A stretch of DNA of 64,000 nucleotides from the NCBI RefSeq assembly GCF_018350175.1, contig NC_058383.1:3968001-4032000 (forward strand). The letters run 5' to 3'. The stretch is from Felis catus. Lineage: Eukaryota. The notes under the pieces were generated by a model. That model had not been told where the DNA came from, searched no databases, and worked only from the letters and a program-made list of their open reading frames with translations. The translations under genes and the position numbers were made by a program. This document shows positions 22,759-34,669 of the stretch, piece by piece (positions within the stretch are counted from its first letter, which is position 1; the number at the start of each line of letters is the position of its first letter).

Positions 22759-24403
22759 TAATTCATAAAATTTTTTAAATAAGTTTAAATACTAAATTTT
22801 TTTATTTTAAAATATTTAATATAAAATACACAGTGTAATACTTAATATATTTCATAAGATTTTTAAAAATTTAAGAATACATTTAAAGTACGTTTAAGAT
22901 TTTTAAAACTTTAAAAATATTTATTTAATATAAATTATATAGTGTAATATTTAATTTAATACACTTCATAAACTTATTTTAAATTTAAAAAGCAATTTAA
23001 ATAATTTAACTTTAGAAACTTAAAAATATTTAATATGAATCACATAATTTAATATTTAATAGATAACTTAAACATACGTACTTAAATGAAAATAAACTTG
23101 GAGGGGGGAAAAAGCAACCTGTAAGAATAAATACAAATCATCGGGAAAATGCTGAGCAGGAGGACTAATGGGGCCACGGATTAAAACGCAATTAAGCTAC
23201 ACTAAGTAAAATGGTCTGGGGCCAGGATAGAGACAGTCCCCTTGATGAAACAGAATTGAAATCTCGGAAGCAGACGCACACATATGCGTGAATTTAACAG
23301 TTTCACACAGTGGTTTTCGACGGCAGATAATGGACGTCACTGGCTAAGTATTCGGGGAGGAATCACCACGTACAGGAGAAACAAGAGTTAGAAGAAAAGT
23401 TACCTATTAAAGGTTAAACCACAAAAGAAACAGGAGAAAATACGGGTGACTGTTATCCCTCAACTTGGGGAAAGGAAGACCTTCCTAACCGTAACGCTTA
23501 GGATAAAACCCATACAACTTAAAAAACAAACAAACCAACCTGTGAGATTTCACGGAATATCCTTTTGACATCAACCAACAATAACAGTATAAAAATAATA
23601 AACTGTTACTTGGCCTAGGGAGGGTACCGGGCAGGCTGAATTTACTGTGCCCACCTCACAGATGGGGCAACTGAGGGTCAGGGAGGAGACAGGGTCCATG
23701 CACGGCCACCAGCTTCTTCTCTTCCTGGGCGGGGGCCTCAGTCCTCTCCCTGCAAGGCTCTGCCCCTCACAGGCTGGGCAAAGCTACCCGGAGATCCTAT
23801 GCCCCACAGTCTGAGGTTATGGGGGTAAACCCTGGCCTGGCCACTCAGGGGCCACAAAAGCGCTGCCGGCTGCATCCCCTCTCGGTGTCCATCTCCAGTG
23901 ACGCCCGGGGCAAGGACGCTGGATCCTGTGGGTATGCCTCCCGCGCTCCATATGGGCTCAGAGAGTGTGCAGTGAAGGAACCTGGTCGCCCTTTCTGGGC
24001 TTGGTTTGGGAGCTTAGGATGTGGCAACACCAAAGGGAGTAATCATTAAGTCCTGAGCCTCGGCTCTGCCTCCGTGCCCAGGGATGTTATTATACAGATT
24101 TAATTTAGCAACTGGGTACTACGTCCCACGCACCATTCTAATCCCTCTCTGTGGGATTTAATCCTTAAACACACAGCAGGGCTGAAGCGTGGAGGGTCAC
24201 AGCTCACTGGAGGTTGGGCAGAGTCGGTGCTGCAGAGCCGAGGAGTCGAGCCCCCCACCAGGATTAAGCTACATGCTCTACGGCCCCTCTAGACCTCACT
24301 CTGCCCGTGTGCCAGAGGAGGGGCTCCGACTGGACAACCCCGAGAGTCACCCCGGGTCCCTCCGGCCAGCCGGGAGCCCCCAGGCCGGGTGGGTGGTACT
24401 TAC

Positions 24404-24473
24404 CATTGAGAGGATGACCAGGGCGGGGAAGAAGCCCATGATAACATAGCAGAGCAGCTCCACGAGCTTGTAC
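24404..24473 (-). CDS. MMD2: MMD2 exon 6
   Basis: CCGCCAG| ... ATG|GTAAGT; 70 nt; [23 protein letters not shown]. Confidence 0.95.
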
Positions 24474-25154
24474 CTGGCGGGAAGACAAGCCATCTGGGCC
24501 TCGGGACAGCGTAAGGCTCCCCGTGCTGGGTAGGAGGGGACCCCTGACCGAGTGAGGAGGACTCCACTCTCTGCCCAGCACCCCTCGGCTCAGATGCCAC
24601 CCAGCTACACGCAGCAGGTGCTGGCGGAACTGGGTGGTCCTGGTTTCCGCCCTCACGAGGACAGGCCAGGATTGCCAATGCTGAGTGTGGCACGCGTGTG
24701 GGCGCTTGCCACGCTCCAGCCCGGACGGTCATTACCATGTCATCTGAGCACCTCCTCCCGCTGGGCCCAAGCAGCCGCCTTCCATCCACCCGAGTGGCCA
24801 CATCGACTGACACCTGCGTGCCAGGAAGTCAGCTGTTCCCTTTTGCTTCTCTGTTTCTTTCCTCACCCGACAACAGGACGGAAGTAAAGGGAGTCCCCGT
24901 CATCTGCTAACCAGGTTTAGGGAAGGTGGGTAACACGTGACCCACAGGGCCTTAAAAACCTCTTCAGATTGAGCCTACAGGCTGTGGCCTTGGGGCCATC
25001 CACGGGCCCGAGCCCCAGGATGTCAGGCAGAGCAGTGCCGTCACGCTTCGGAGTCATCTTGGGGGGTCTCATCTCCCCAGGGGCAGAGAGGAGGCCCCGC
25101 CTCCCCTGGGCTCCCACTCCCACCCCCGCCCCCACCCCCCCAGCCCTGGCTTAC

Positions 25155-25256
25155 CGCTCATGGAAGAAGAAAACATAGACGGTGCCCACAGAGGCCATGA
25201 TCCAGACCAGCCAACGCATATGCGAGGCCCAGGGGCCCAGCTCCCGAAGGTTCAAC
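25155..25256 (-). CDS. MMD2: MMD2 exon 5
   Basis: CTCTCTCCCAG| ... CG|GTAAGC; 102 nt; [34 protein letters not shown]. Confidence 0.95.
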
Positions 25257-26215
25257 CTGGGAGAGAGCCGAGGGCACAGCCTGAGGGGGGTTGCTCCCTT
25301 CCCTGCCACAGGAAGGCTGACCCCGGAGAAAGCCTGTGCCCTAAGGCTCCCCAGAAGGGCCATGGGCTGTCATGGAAAAACCCGAGAAACGCTGTTTGGT
25401 ACGTGCACACGGCTCAGAAAGGACATTCATCACAGCACGGACCACACAGGAAGAGCCAGAAGGTACCCAAATGTCTGCCAGGAGGGGAAGGGGGACTGGT
25501 TATCAACTTCCTGCCTCTCAGCTCCAAACCCCCGCTTTCTGCCTGCTCCGAGATAACGGAGACAAGGGAGCCGGACCGAGTCCATTCTTCCCCGGCCGCA
25601 GGCACGATGTTGGGCTTTGTCGGGGAGTGCAGTGAAGACGCTTCGCAGGAGGAAAGGCTCTTCCTTCCGGACCCCTGCGGTCCTCCCACCACATTCCCTG
25701 GGGAGCAGGCTTTTCTCTCCACTGCTCGGCCAGGCTGTTTCCCCGGGGCTAGCTGCCTGGCGGGGCACGGCTTTCTCCAGCACTTGGCCTCAGCTGTTCT
25801 CCAGGTGTTGACCTGGGTGCCGGCGGTACAGCGGCAGGTCCCAGATGCTGCAGGCCCGCGGCCCAGGCCAGGGGGCTGCTCCCTGCACCCTGTCTTCAGC
25901 CCCACACACCTGCACACGGGGCCCCCTCCCCCGTCAGGGACTCCCGTCCAGCAGTCTGACCTTCACCCTGAGCAGCTGTCTGCACGACTGAACCGCACCG
26001 AAACGCTCTAGGTTCCTGCAGGGGCCTCTCTAGCTGCTGGTTCCAGGAGCACCCAGCAAACAGCAGCTTCCCCAGCACGGAGCAAGTGCTAAAGCTCGGT
26101 ACCTCCTGTAGCTGGCCTCCCCCGGCACCCCAGAGGGCTGATTTCCAGCAAGCTGCACCCACAGGCCCCTCAGGAGCTTCTCTGCCATCCCGTGCGCAAA
26201 GACCGGACCCTTTTT

Positions 26216-26441
26216 GGGGCGCCTGGGTGGCTCAGTTGGTTAAGCGACTTCAGCTCAGGTCATGATCTCATGGTTCGTGAGTTCAAGCCCTGCGTCGGGC
26301 TCTGTGCTGATAGCTCAGAACCCGGAGCCTGCTTCGGATTCTGTGCCTCCCTCTTTCTCTCTGCCCTTCCTCTGCCTGTGCTCTCGCTCACTCTCTCTCT
26401 CTCTCTCTCAAAAACAAATAAACATTAAAAAAAAAAAAAAA
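26216..26441 (+). mobile_element. Can-SINE
   Basis: Flanking AAAGACCRGACCCTTT. Confidence 0.92.
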
Positions 26442-27012
26442 GACCAGACCCTTTCCAATGAGGTGGGAGGTCTGCCCTGGACGGAGGGACAGGTCCATAG
26501 TTGTCCCTTGTATCTGCCGCTCCTGGCTTCTCTGGATTTGTCACTGACGCTGGTTAACCAATTCTCCACTATTCCAATCTCCTATTATTAATTCTTTATA
26601 CCAAATTATCCGTCAGAGCGGTTTGAAAATAGAACCATCTGCAACTAGGTGCATACATCTCCAAGGCATGCCGGCAGGTGTTGGGGCGGGGAGCGAGTGG
26701 AGAACAGCAGGGCTGTATTATCTGCACATGTGAAGACAGACCTGTAAATGCACAGACACTGACCCGAGTCCCTTGTCGACGGGGACGCGGGAGCTCCATC
26801 TAGAAAGGGGCAGTCAATGATTGTTGTGATTTGGCGGGGGGGGGGGGGGGGGGGGGGGGGGGGTGGAGGGGGGGAGGTGCGGAGGGGTCCTTTCACTTTT
26901 TTCTCGAGTGAATTTCTTGAGTGAGAATACCTTATGTAAAACCTCTGCCCTCCCTGTCCCCACAAAAAAGCAAGTGGCTCAGAGTCCATTTGTCATTATA
27001 AAGAAGTTAAGT

Positions 27013-27472
27013 TGGATGTCCATCGACTGACAAATGGATAAAGAAAAGGTGGTAAATACACAAGAACATTACCCAGAGATCCAAAAGACTGAAATCTTAC
27101 CATCTGCAACAACGTGGATGGAACTAGAGTGTATGTATTATGTTTAGCGAAACAGACAAAGACACATGCGCGATTTCACTCACATGTGGAATTTAAGAGA
27201 CAAAACAGAGGAACACAGGGCAAGGGAAGGAAAAATAAGATAAACACAGGGAGGGGGACAAACCACAAGAGACTCTTAAATACAGAGAACAAACTGAGGG
27301 TTGATGGAGGGGAGAGGGGTGGGGGATGGGCTAAATGGGCAAGGGGCATCAAGGAGGGCACTTGTTGGAATCAGCACCAGGGGTTGTATGTAAGTGACAC
27401 ATCATTAAATTCTATTCCTGAAATCTTACTACACTACATATTAACTTACATTTAAATTAAAAAAAAAAAAAA
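27013..27472 (+). mobile_element. 5'-truncated carnivore L1
   Basis: L1 3' UTR, poly(A), flanking AAGTTAAGT on both sides. Confidence 0.85.
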
Positions 27473-27480
27473 GTTAAGTC

Positions 27481-27665
27481 GGGGCACCTTGGGTGGCTCA
27501 GTCAGTTAAACATCCGACTCTTGGCTTCGACTCAGGTCACCATCTCGGGGTCGTGAGATTGAGCCCCCAGTCGGGCTCCACACTGGGCACGGAGTCTGCT
27601 TTAGATTCTTTCTCTCCCTCTACCGCTTACCCTCTCTCTCAAATAAATAAACAACAGCAAAAAAG
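27481..27665 (+). mobile_element. Can-SINE (older type)
   Basis: Head immediately after the L1 target duplication. Confidence 0.85.
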
Positions 27666-28264
27666 AAGTTATACTAAAAACCTTAAAGGTAAAAATAAAT
27701 AAATAACTGGACTCATTACCCAAAAGAACCGTCAGTGAAGATCTTTCTAGATCTCCAAACAGACACAACATAGGCCAATGGGTAGGAGAATGAGCAGAGA
27801 TGGGATGGAGGGCGTGGGCGGAGGAAGGGATAGAAGGAGAATGGGCTAGTATGGAGGTCGAGGGCAAGGAAGGAGTGAGCATCAACCACATTTTTTTACT
27901 AAAATATCACAGAGAATTTCAACTTGACTTTAACAGAAGAAAATGAACCCTTCCCCCGCCTAAAAAAAAATGTGCTGAACTTCCAACAAATATTTCTGCT
28001 TTTCTCTTTCCGCCATGCCAGAGCCCTTCAACCATCTTCTACAACCTTTATTTAAGTAAAGACTGTGTGCAGGAATCTCACATGTGGACCTACATCCAAG
28101 CTATCAAAAACAAACACAAAAAAAATGGGGTTTCCTGACTGAGGCAAGGATGGGGGGAACCCACGGTCATTCACACCCCCACCCCCCGCGGTCCTCTGGG
28201 TACCTCCAGGCCTCCGCAGAAAACAGTTTGAGAACCAGAGCAATTCAAAGAAAAGTACCCACCA

Positions 28265-28497
28265 GGGGCGCCTGGGTGGCTCAGTCGGTTAAGCGACTGA
28301 CTCTTGATTTCGGCTCAGGTCATGATCTCGCGGCTTCTCGGGTTCAAGCCCCACATCAGGCTCTGTGCGGGCACCGCGTAGCCTGCTTGGGATTCTCTCT
28401 CTGCCTTTCTAGCTGCCCTTCCCCCCCCCCCCATACTGTTTCTGTCTCTCTCAAAAATAAGTAAACTTAATTTTTTCTTTTAATTAAAAAAAAAAAA
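28265..28497 (+). mobile_element. Can-SINE
   Basis: Flanking AAAAGTWCCCACCA. Confidence 0.9.
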
Positions 28498-30189
28498 GTT
28501 CCCACCAAAGGAATGTACACCACCTGCCCCACGTCCCCTTTTCACCAGGCACCCGGGTGGTCAGTTTTCCAGCCGGGAAACTGGTCACCAACCTTCTCTA
28601 TCTCCCCGCTCCCATCCAATCGACCCCCGCGTTCTGCTCATTCTTCCTCCCGAACGGCTCGCAGACCCAAGGCACGTTACCCGCTCCCCTCGTCCGTGGC
28701 ACTTAACCACCGTTGTGCTTCATCTCCTGGCTCGGTATTGGGACAGCCCACGTCTGTGTTCTCTGTGAGACCCTAAGCCCCATAAGGGGAGAGAGCCGGT
28801 ACCTTGGCTTACGGCCTTATCCTCAGCCGCCGGCACAGGACCGGGACAGAGCCCGGGCCCAGTCAGCCGCAGCCGGGGGTAAAGAAGAGAAACGCAGGGA
28901 TTAAATCAGCAGAGGGGAGGACAGTCCACGGATCGTTCTAGAAATCCACGTCAAAGATAGTTGCTGCGGCCGAGCACCAAACTTAGCTCCGCTCCACTCG
29001 GCCGCATCCAAAAGGAAACCTGACATCGCCTGGTTCCCGGCAACCGCAGGTGGTGCGCCGGGCACACCGGGGCTGACCACAGCTGGCTGTGTGGAATGAG
29101 CTCCCTCCTCCTGTGGCTCCTGGGGTCTCTCTCCTGCTCCTGGCCTGCTCCAGCAGGCTGCCCCTCCCCCAGGACCTGTGCCTATTCTAGAAGCCTCCAG
29201 ACATATGCCTGCCCACCTGAGCATCCGACGGTCAGAAGCATACTGGTTTTGGGGAGAGAAGCAGGTCCCCTCCTGTCCTGAAGCCCAGCTGGTCATGGGG
29301 CACCGTCTGCGCTGTCCCCAGGCAGGCAGCAGCGGGGCTGGTTGCTGGGGCAGCTGGGGGGGGCGGGGAGACCAGCCCAGGAAACCTTGGCACTTGCACC
29401 CCCACCCACCTTCGGCGAGTCTGTCTACTCAGTGCCCTGCAAGCGTCTTTTCAATCTGTCCGTCCTCTCCACTCGACCCCCATGGCCACGCCTGGGGTCC
29501 AGGCCACCCCCGCTTCTCCCCTAGGTCCTTGGGTCAGCCTCCCCTGCACCTCCACGCTCCCAAGACAGCGACCCTTCGGTCCAAATGATAAGACCACATC
29601 GAAGCCCTGCTTCAAACCCCCATCACCCCGGAGAATAGCCCGAGCAGCCTCCCATCTACACTCCGTTTGCCTCCACACTGGTATGAGAACAGCCAGAAAA
29701 CCATGGTTCCGTAATCTCCCCAAAACCTGGGCACCACGCAAAGCCTGCCACAGGAGCATGGACACCTGAGGTGCGGCCCCCAGAACCCTGTCCGGCAGGG
29801 AGAGTAGCGGGTGGGCGGCAACCGTGACTCCGTGGGTCTCACCAGGCACGTGCTCCGTGGAAGAAGCAGGATCCGAAAGGACGAGGATGCCACTGACGCG
29901 AAATAAGCAATCAGGCAAAACTATCGTATGGCAACAGGTGTCGGGGCTGTGGTAACCTGGAAGGGGACGAGGGCGCTGGACGTGGTCTGCTTCAGCTGGG
30001 TGCGGGCCGCTGTGTGTGAAAATCGGCTTATTTTGCACAGGGACACGGGTGCACACTCTGCAGGCACGGCACCTGCACGAGACGTGTTTCCTAAAGCAAC
30101 AGCCTTTGCGTACACACACAAAACCCACTCATCAGCACACATAACGAAAGAGAGCGCCTCATTATGACGGCCAAAAAATAGAAGTTTCC

Positions 30190-30630
30190 TAGGCAAGCGG
30201 AGCTCAGTAGGTTAAGCATCTGACTTCAGCTCAGGTCACAATCTATCTCACGGTTCGTGGGTTCGAGCCCCGCGTGGGACTCTGTGCTGACAGCTCAGAG
30301 CCCGGAGCCTGCTTCAGATTCGTTGTCTCCCTCTCTCTGCCCCTCCCCTGCTTGTGCTCTGTCTCTGCCTCTCAGAATAAAAAAAAAAATAAACATTTAA
30401 AAAAAAGAAAGAGGGGCGCCTGGGTGGCTCAGTCGGTTAAGCGTCCGACTTTGGCTCAGGTCACGATCTCACAGTCCGTGAGTTCAAGCCCCACGTCGGG
30501 CTCTGGGCTGATGGCTCAGAGCCTGGAGCCTGCTTCCGATTCTGTGTCTCTCTCTCTCTCTGCCCCCCCCCCCCCATTCATGCTCTGTCTCTCTCTGTCT
30601 CAAAAATAAATAAACGTTAAAAAAAATTTT
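30190..30630 (+). mobile_element. Two tandem Can-SINEs (30190-30410, 30413-30630)
   Basis: Second, younger-looking copy sits in the tail of the first. Confidence 0.9.
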
Positions 30631-30984
30631 TTTTTAAAAGAAAGAAAGAAATTTCCCAGGTGAAAACAGAACGAACATTCCCGTGGCTCCCCACCCTTCA
30701 GAAGCCCACACGCACGTTCTCAGAGTGGCACACCTCCTCCAGGCAGCCCTCCCAAGGCCCCCACGCCACAGCAACACCTCCTCTGAGCTCCCACAGCTGC
30801 ACACACACAGGGCTGTCTTACCACGCCATCACTGTCCTGTCCCAGATGTCCATCCACCTGCCAGACCCTCGGGGTCCAAACGCCCACCGTCACCCGGCCA
30901 CACAGTACGCATTCACCAACCATGAGTGCAATGGCTCAGCCGCCTCCCCAGACTTGTAGAGCATGGCCTGAAGCTTTTTCCCCA

Positions 30985-31198
30985 AATTTTTAAATGTCTA
31001 CTTATTTTTGAGAGAGAAGGTGGGGGGGAGGGGGGAGAGTGTGCAGGGGAGGGGCAGAGATAGGAAGACAGAGGATCCAAAGCCCACGCTATGAGCGCAC
31101 AGCCCAGTGTGGGCCTCAGACTCACCAACCATGAGATCATGACCTGAGTGGAAATCAAGAACTGGCTGCTTAGCCTGACTGAGCCACTCAGGCGCCCC
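30985..31198 (-). mobile_element. Can-SINE
   Basis: Flanking TGGCCTGAAGCTT. Confidence 0.88.
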
Positions 31199-31635
31199 GG
31201 GTGTGGCCTGAAGCTTAGTGTTTATTTCAGAACTTTCCGGATTTACTACTAAATCAAGGTGGAAAACCCCGGGTCACTCGCTGGGGGAGTTTAAAACTGA
31301 TACAATGTGTGGTGATCTGGCAATAGTTAACCAAATTACAAAGGTTCACTCCCTGCTGGCCAGGAGTCCAAGTCTCGCATTTATCAGACAAAGATCAGGC
31401 TTGACCACACAAAGCTGCTGTTTTTGTAGGTCAGAAAAGGCCGCGTCTCAGCAATTCATATGATTTGAGCCAACATATCCATGCGTGTGTGCTAAATGAT
31501 ACACAAACAACAAGATTCACTGAGGTTCTGTCTCTCTTGGCAAAGGGGTGGACCGTCTCCCTGCCATAAATACCCACATACAGGGGACGGCCAGGAAACA
31601 GTATGCTGCTGTAGAAAGAAATAAAAGATTGGGAA

Positions 31636-32121
31636 GGGGCGCCTGGGTGGTTCAAGTCAGTTAAGCGTCCTCCAACTTCGGCTCAGGTGATGACCTCACG
31701 GTTTGTGAGTTCGAGCCCCACGTCGGGCTCTGTGCTGACAGCTCAGAGCCTGGAGCCTGTTTCCGATTCTGTGTCTTCCTCTCTCTGCCCCCCCCCCCAA
31801 CTCACGCTTTGTCTCCCTCTCTCTCAAGAATAAATAAACATTTTTAAAAACTTAAAAAAAAAAAACAAAGAAAAAAGAAAAGATTGGGAAAATCTTGGGG
31901 CACCTGGGTGGCATAGTCAGTTAAGCAGCCGACTCTTGACTTCGGCTCAGGTCATGATCTCGCGGTTCATGAGTTCGAGCCCCACGTCTGGCTCTGCGAT
32001 CACAGCACAGAGCCTGCTTTGGATCCTCTGTCTCCCTCTTTCTGGCCCTCTCACGCTCGCACACTCTCACTCTCTCTCTCTCCCTCTCTCTCAAAAATAA
32101 ATCAACGTTAAAAAAAAAAAA
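31636..32121 (+). mobile_element. Two Can-SINEs (31636-31881, 31897-32121)
   Basis: First flanked by AAAGATTGGGAA. Confidence 0.9.
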
Positions 32122-32503
32122 GGCCGCACTTCAATGTACTAATGTAGAGAGGTGTCCCTGGCAACATTACCGAGAACAAATGCAATTTGCAGTTTGTATG
32201 GTATCCTTCCCTTTTGTTCTAAAAGTTGGAGGAAAAATAGAAGTATAAACATATAAATTTACAATATCACTACGCACGTATGTACGTGTGCACACATTTG
32301 CTCTTTTAGCACAAAGTAACTCTGGAAACACACACAAGAAACTGGTAATACATAGTTGCTTCTAGAAGAAGAATGGGCAGAGGGCATCTTTTTACCCACA
32401 CCCTTTTGTGCCGAGCCAGCATGTCACCCATCCAAATACAAAAAGAAATTCAGAGAAAAGAGAAGAAGCCAGCCCTTCCCGGGAACGGCACACAGATGCT
32501 CAC

Positions 32504-32578
32504 CAGGGCGCGTAGGAGGCCGCTATGAAGAAGTAGATGACCATGCGGTCGAACATGTGCAGGCAACGTTCCACCATC
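32504..32578 (-). CDS. MMD2: MMD2 exon 4
   Basis: TCTCTGCTCCAG| ... TG|GTGAGC; 75 nt; [25 protein letters not shown]. Confidence 0.95.
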
Positions 32579-32886
32579 CTGGAGCAGAGAAGGGTCAGGG
32601 TCAGGGTCAGGGTCAGGGCCCCAGAGCCACGCCCTGGACAAACATGCTTCCCTGCAGGTGGGGAAGAGTCCCGGCTGGGGGCAGGCTCACCTCTACCCAG
32701 CCACGACCCTTGGGCTTCCGGTTCCCCATCTGTGAGTGACCAGAGGTTTTCAAACCAGGCTCCCCATGACCCTGGGGGTTGAATGGAGAACCCCTGCAGG
32801 TCTCTCGGTGGACCCCCCCCTTCTCCTGAAGGGTAAGGATGGACCCCCTCACCTGCACTTGAATCATGGCAACTCTGCATTTTGGC

Positions 32887-33138
32887 TTTTTTTTTTTTTT
32901 TTTTTAGTTTATTTATTTTGAGAGAGACACACACACGTGTGTTCACATAAAAAAGAGAAAGAGAGGTGAGCAGGGGAGGGGCAGAGAGAGGCGGGGGGGG
33001 GGGGAGAGAATTCCAAACAGGCTCTGGGTTCATCAGCACAGAGCCGGATGTGGGGCTCGAACTCATGAACCACGAGATCATGACCTGAGCCAAAATCAAG
33101 AGTCAGACCCTTAACTGACTGAGGCACTCAGGCGCCCC
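32887..33138 (-). mobile_element. Can-SINE
   Basis: Flanking CTGCATTTTGGCTTT. Confidence 0.9.
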
Positions 33139-33571
33139 TGCATTTTGGCTTTATACACTGGGCTTTTCAAAAGATTTCAAATGATGAACGAATTTGGTGG
33201 TTAAAACAAAATGCAACACCAACAAAACCACGTGCCCCCCGCCGAAAACTATGTGCTCCCTCCAACCTCAAAGACCCTCTGGGTCCTGGCATCCTGGTTC
33301 AGATCCAGGCTCTGGAGCCAGAAGGCCTGGGTTCGAGTCCCAACCTTACCACTTATGGACTGTATGACCTTGACCTAGCTCCTCACCATCTCTCAGCCTC
33401 GGCTCTCTCATCTGTCAAGCAGGGAGGATACCCGCAGCCTGTCACGGGCTGGCCGTGAGGGTTAAGTGAGTTGGTACTTTGCACGCCTAAGAAGAAGTAC
33501 TCAACAAACACTGGCTGTTTTTGTTGTGACCTCACGTTGAGGAGCAAACTGGAGTCCTCCATATGTTTGCC

Positions 33572-34085
33572 CGGTGTGGTAACCAACCTCCAAAATGGTG
33601 CCCGAAGAGCCCCACCTTCTGGTAAGCCAACCCATGTGTAGCCCCCTCCCACAATGAATAAGGCAAACACATGTAACCAACAGGGGGCTGCGGAAAGGAT
33701 GGCGTGTGATTTCTGAGTCTAGATCCTAAAAGATATTATCGCCTCTGCCTTGTCCTCTTGGAACACTAACTTTGGGAGAAATGAGCCACATGTCTGTGGA
33801 GAGGCCCATGTGGGAAGCACTGAACACCCCGTATACATCCAGCAGCAACCTGCCAACCAGGTGAGGGAGCCACCTTGCAAGCGGCTCCAGCCCCAGTCAA
33901 GCCTTCAGATGAGAGCAGCCCCGAAGCCCAGCACCTTGACTCCCCCAGAGATCGAGAACCACAGGCAGGCAGTTAAGCTCCTGAAATCCTGACTCCGAAG
34001 CTTTGAGAGATAGCCAAGGTTTCCAGTTACTCAAAACCTCTGTGATTTAGGGTCATGCGTTACAGAGCGATAGGTAACTAATACA
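33572..34085 (+). mobile_element. MaLR solo LTR (MLT1 family)
   Basis: TGTGGTAACCAACCTCCAAAATGG start; GTTACAGAGCGATAGGTAACTAATACA end. Confidence 0.75.
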
Positions 34086-34299
34086 AGGCGTGGTTCTGTC
34101 CAGCAAACTTTAGCTCTCAATAAATCCGACCAGTGATTCTATATATATATATGGTTTAACTTCACGTCTCCCTAGAAATAAAAGCGGTAACAACAGCTAG
34201 TCCGTATAGGGCAGGGACCATAAGCAGAGCACTGGTCTGAGCAATTTATGACCAATAACTCTTTAATCCCGCCTAGAAGATAGGTACTATTATGTTCAT

Positions 34300-34665
34300 C
34301 CACTCCGTGACAGACGTGGACAGCCACGGGCAACACAGTGACACCACTGGTTATGCGGGCAGTAACTTCAACACACAAGAGGACACACAGTATGGCTGCG
34401 TTATATGAGGTCCCCAGAGGAGTCAGATTCACAGAGACAGAAGGCAGGATGGGGGGTGCCAGGGGCTGGCGGAGGGGTGGGGAATGAGTGTTTAAAGGGG
34501 ACAGAGCTTCAGTTCCGGAAGATGAAGAAAGTTCTGGAGATGCTGGTGGTGACTGCACAACCATGTGACTGTGTTTAATGCCCCTGAGAGGGACACCTAA
34601 GCCTGGTCAAGACAGTCAATTTACATTATGTATATTCACCACAGTGTTTTTAAAAATTAAAAGCA
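34300..34665 (+). mobile_element. Old L1 3' end
   Basis: GAGTCAGATTCACAGAGACAGAAGG...GAAAGTTCTGGAGATGCTGGTGGTGACTGCACAAC. Confidence 0.75.
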
Positions 34666-34669
34666 AAGA

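Larger units (their letters stand above)
21985..23095. repeat. Very AT-rich degenerate tandem repeat (unit about 85-115 bp) with L1 and SINE insertions
   Basis: Recurring TAATATAAATTATACAGTGTAATATTTAAT...TTCATAAAATTT-like blocks. Confidence 0.7.

Noticed and set aside
25160..26011. 283-aa plus-strand ORF
   Set aside because: GC-rich intronic and antisense sequence with no recognisable domain.
29041..29058. CTCF-like ACCGCAGGTGGTGC
   Set aside because: Three mismatches to the core consensus.
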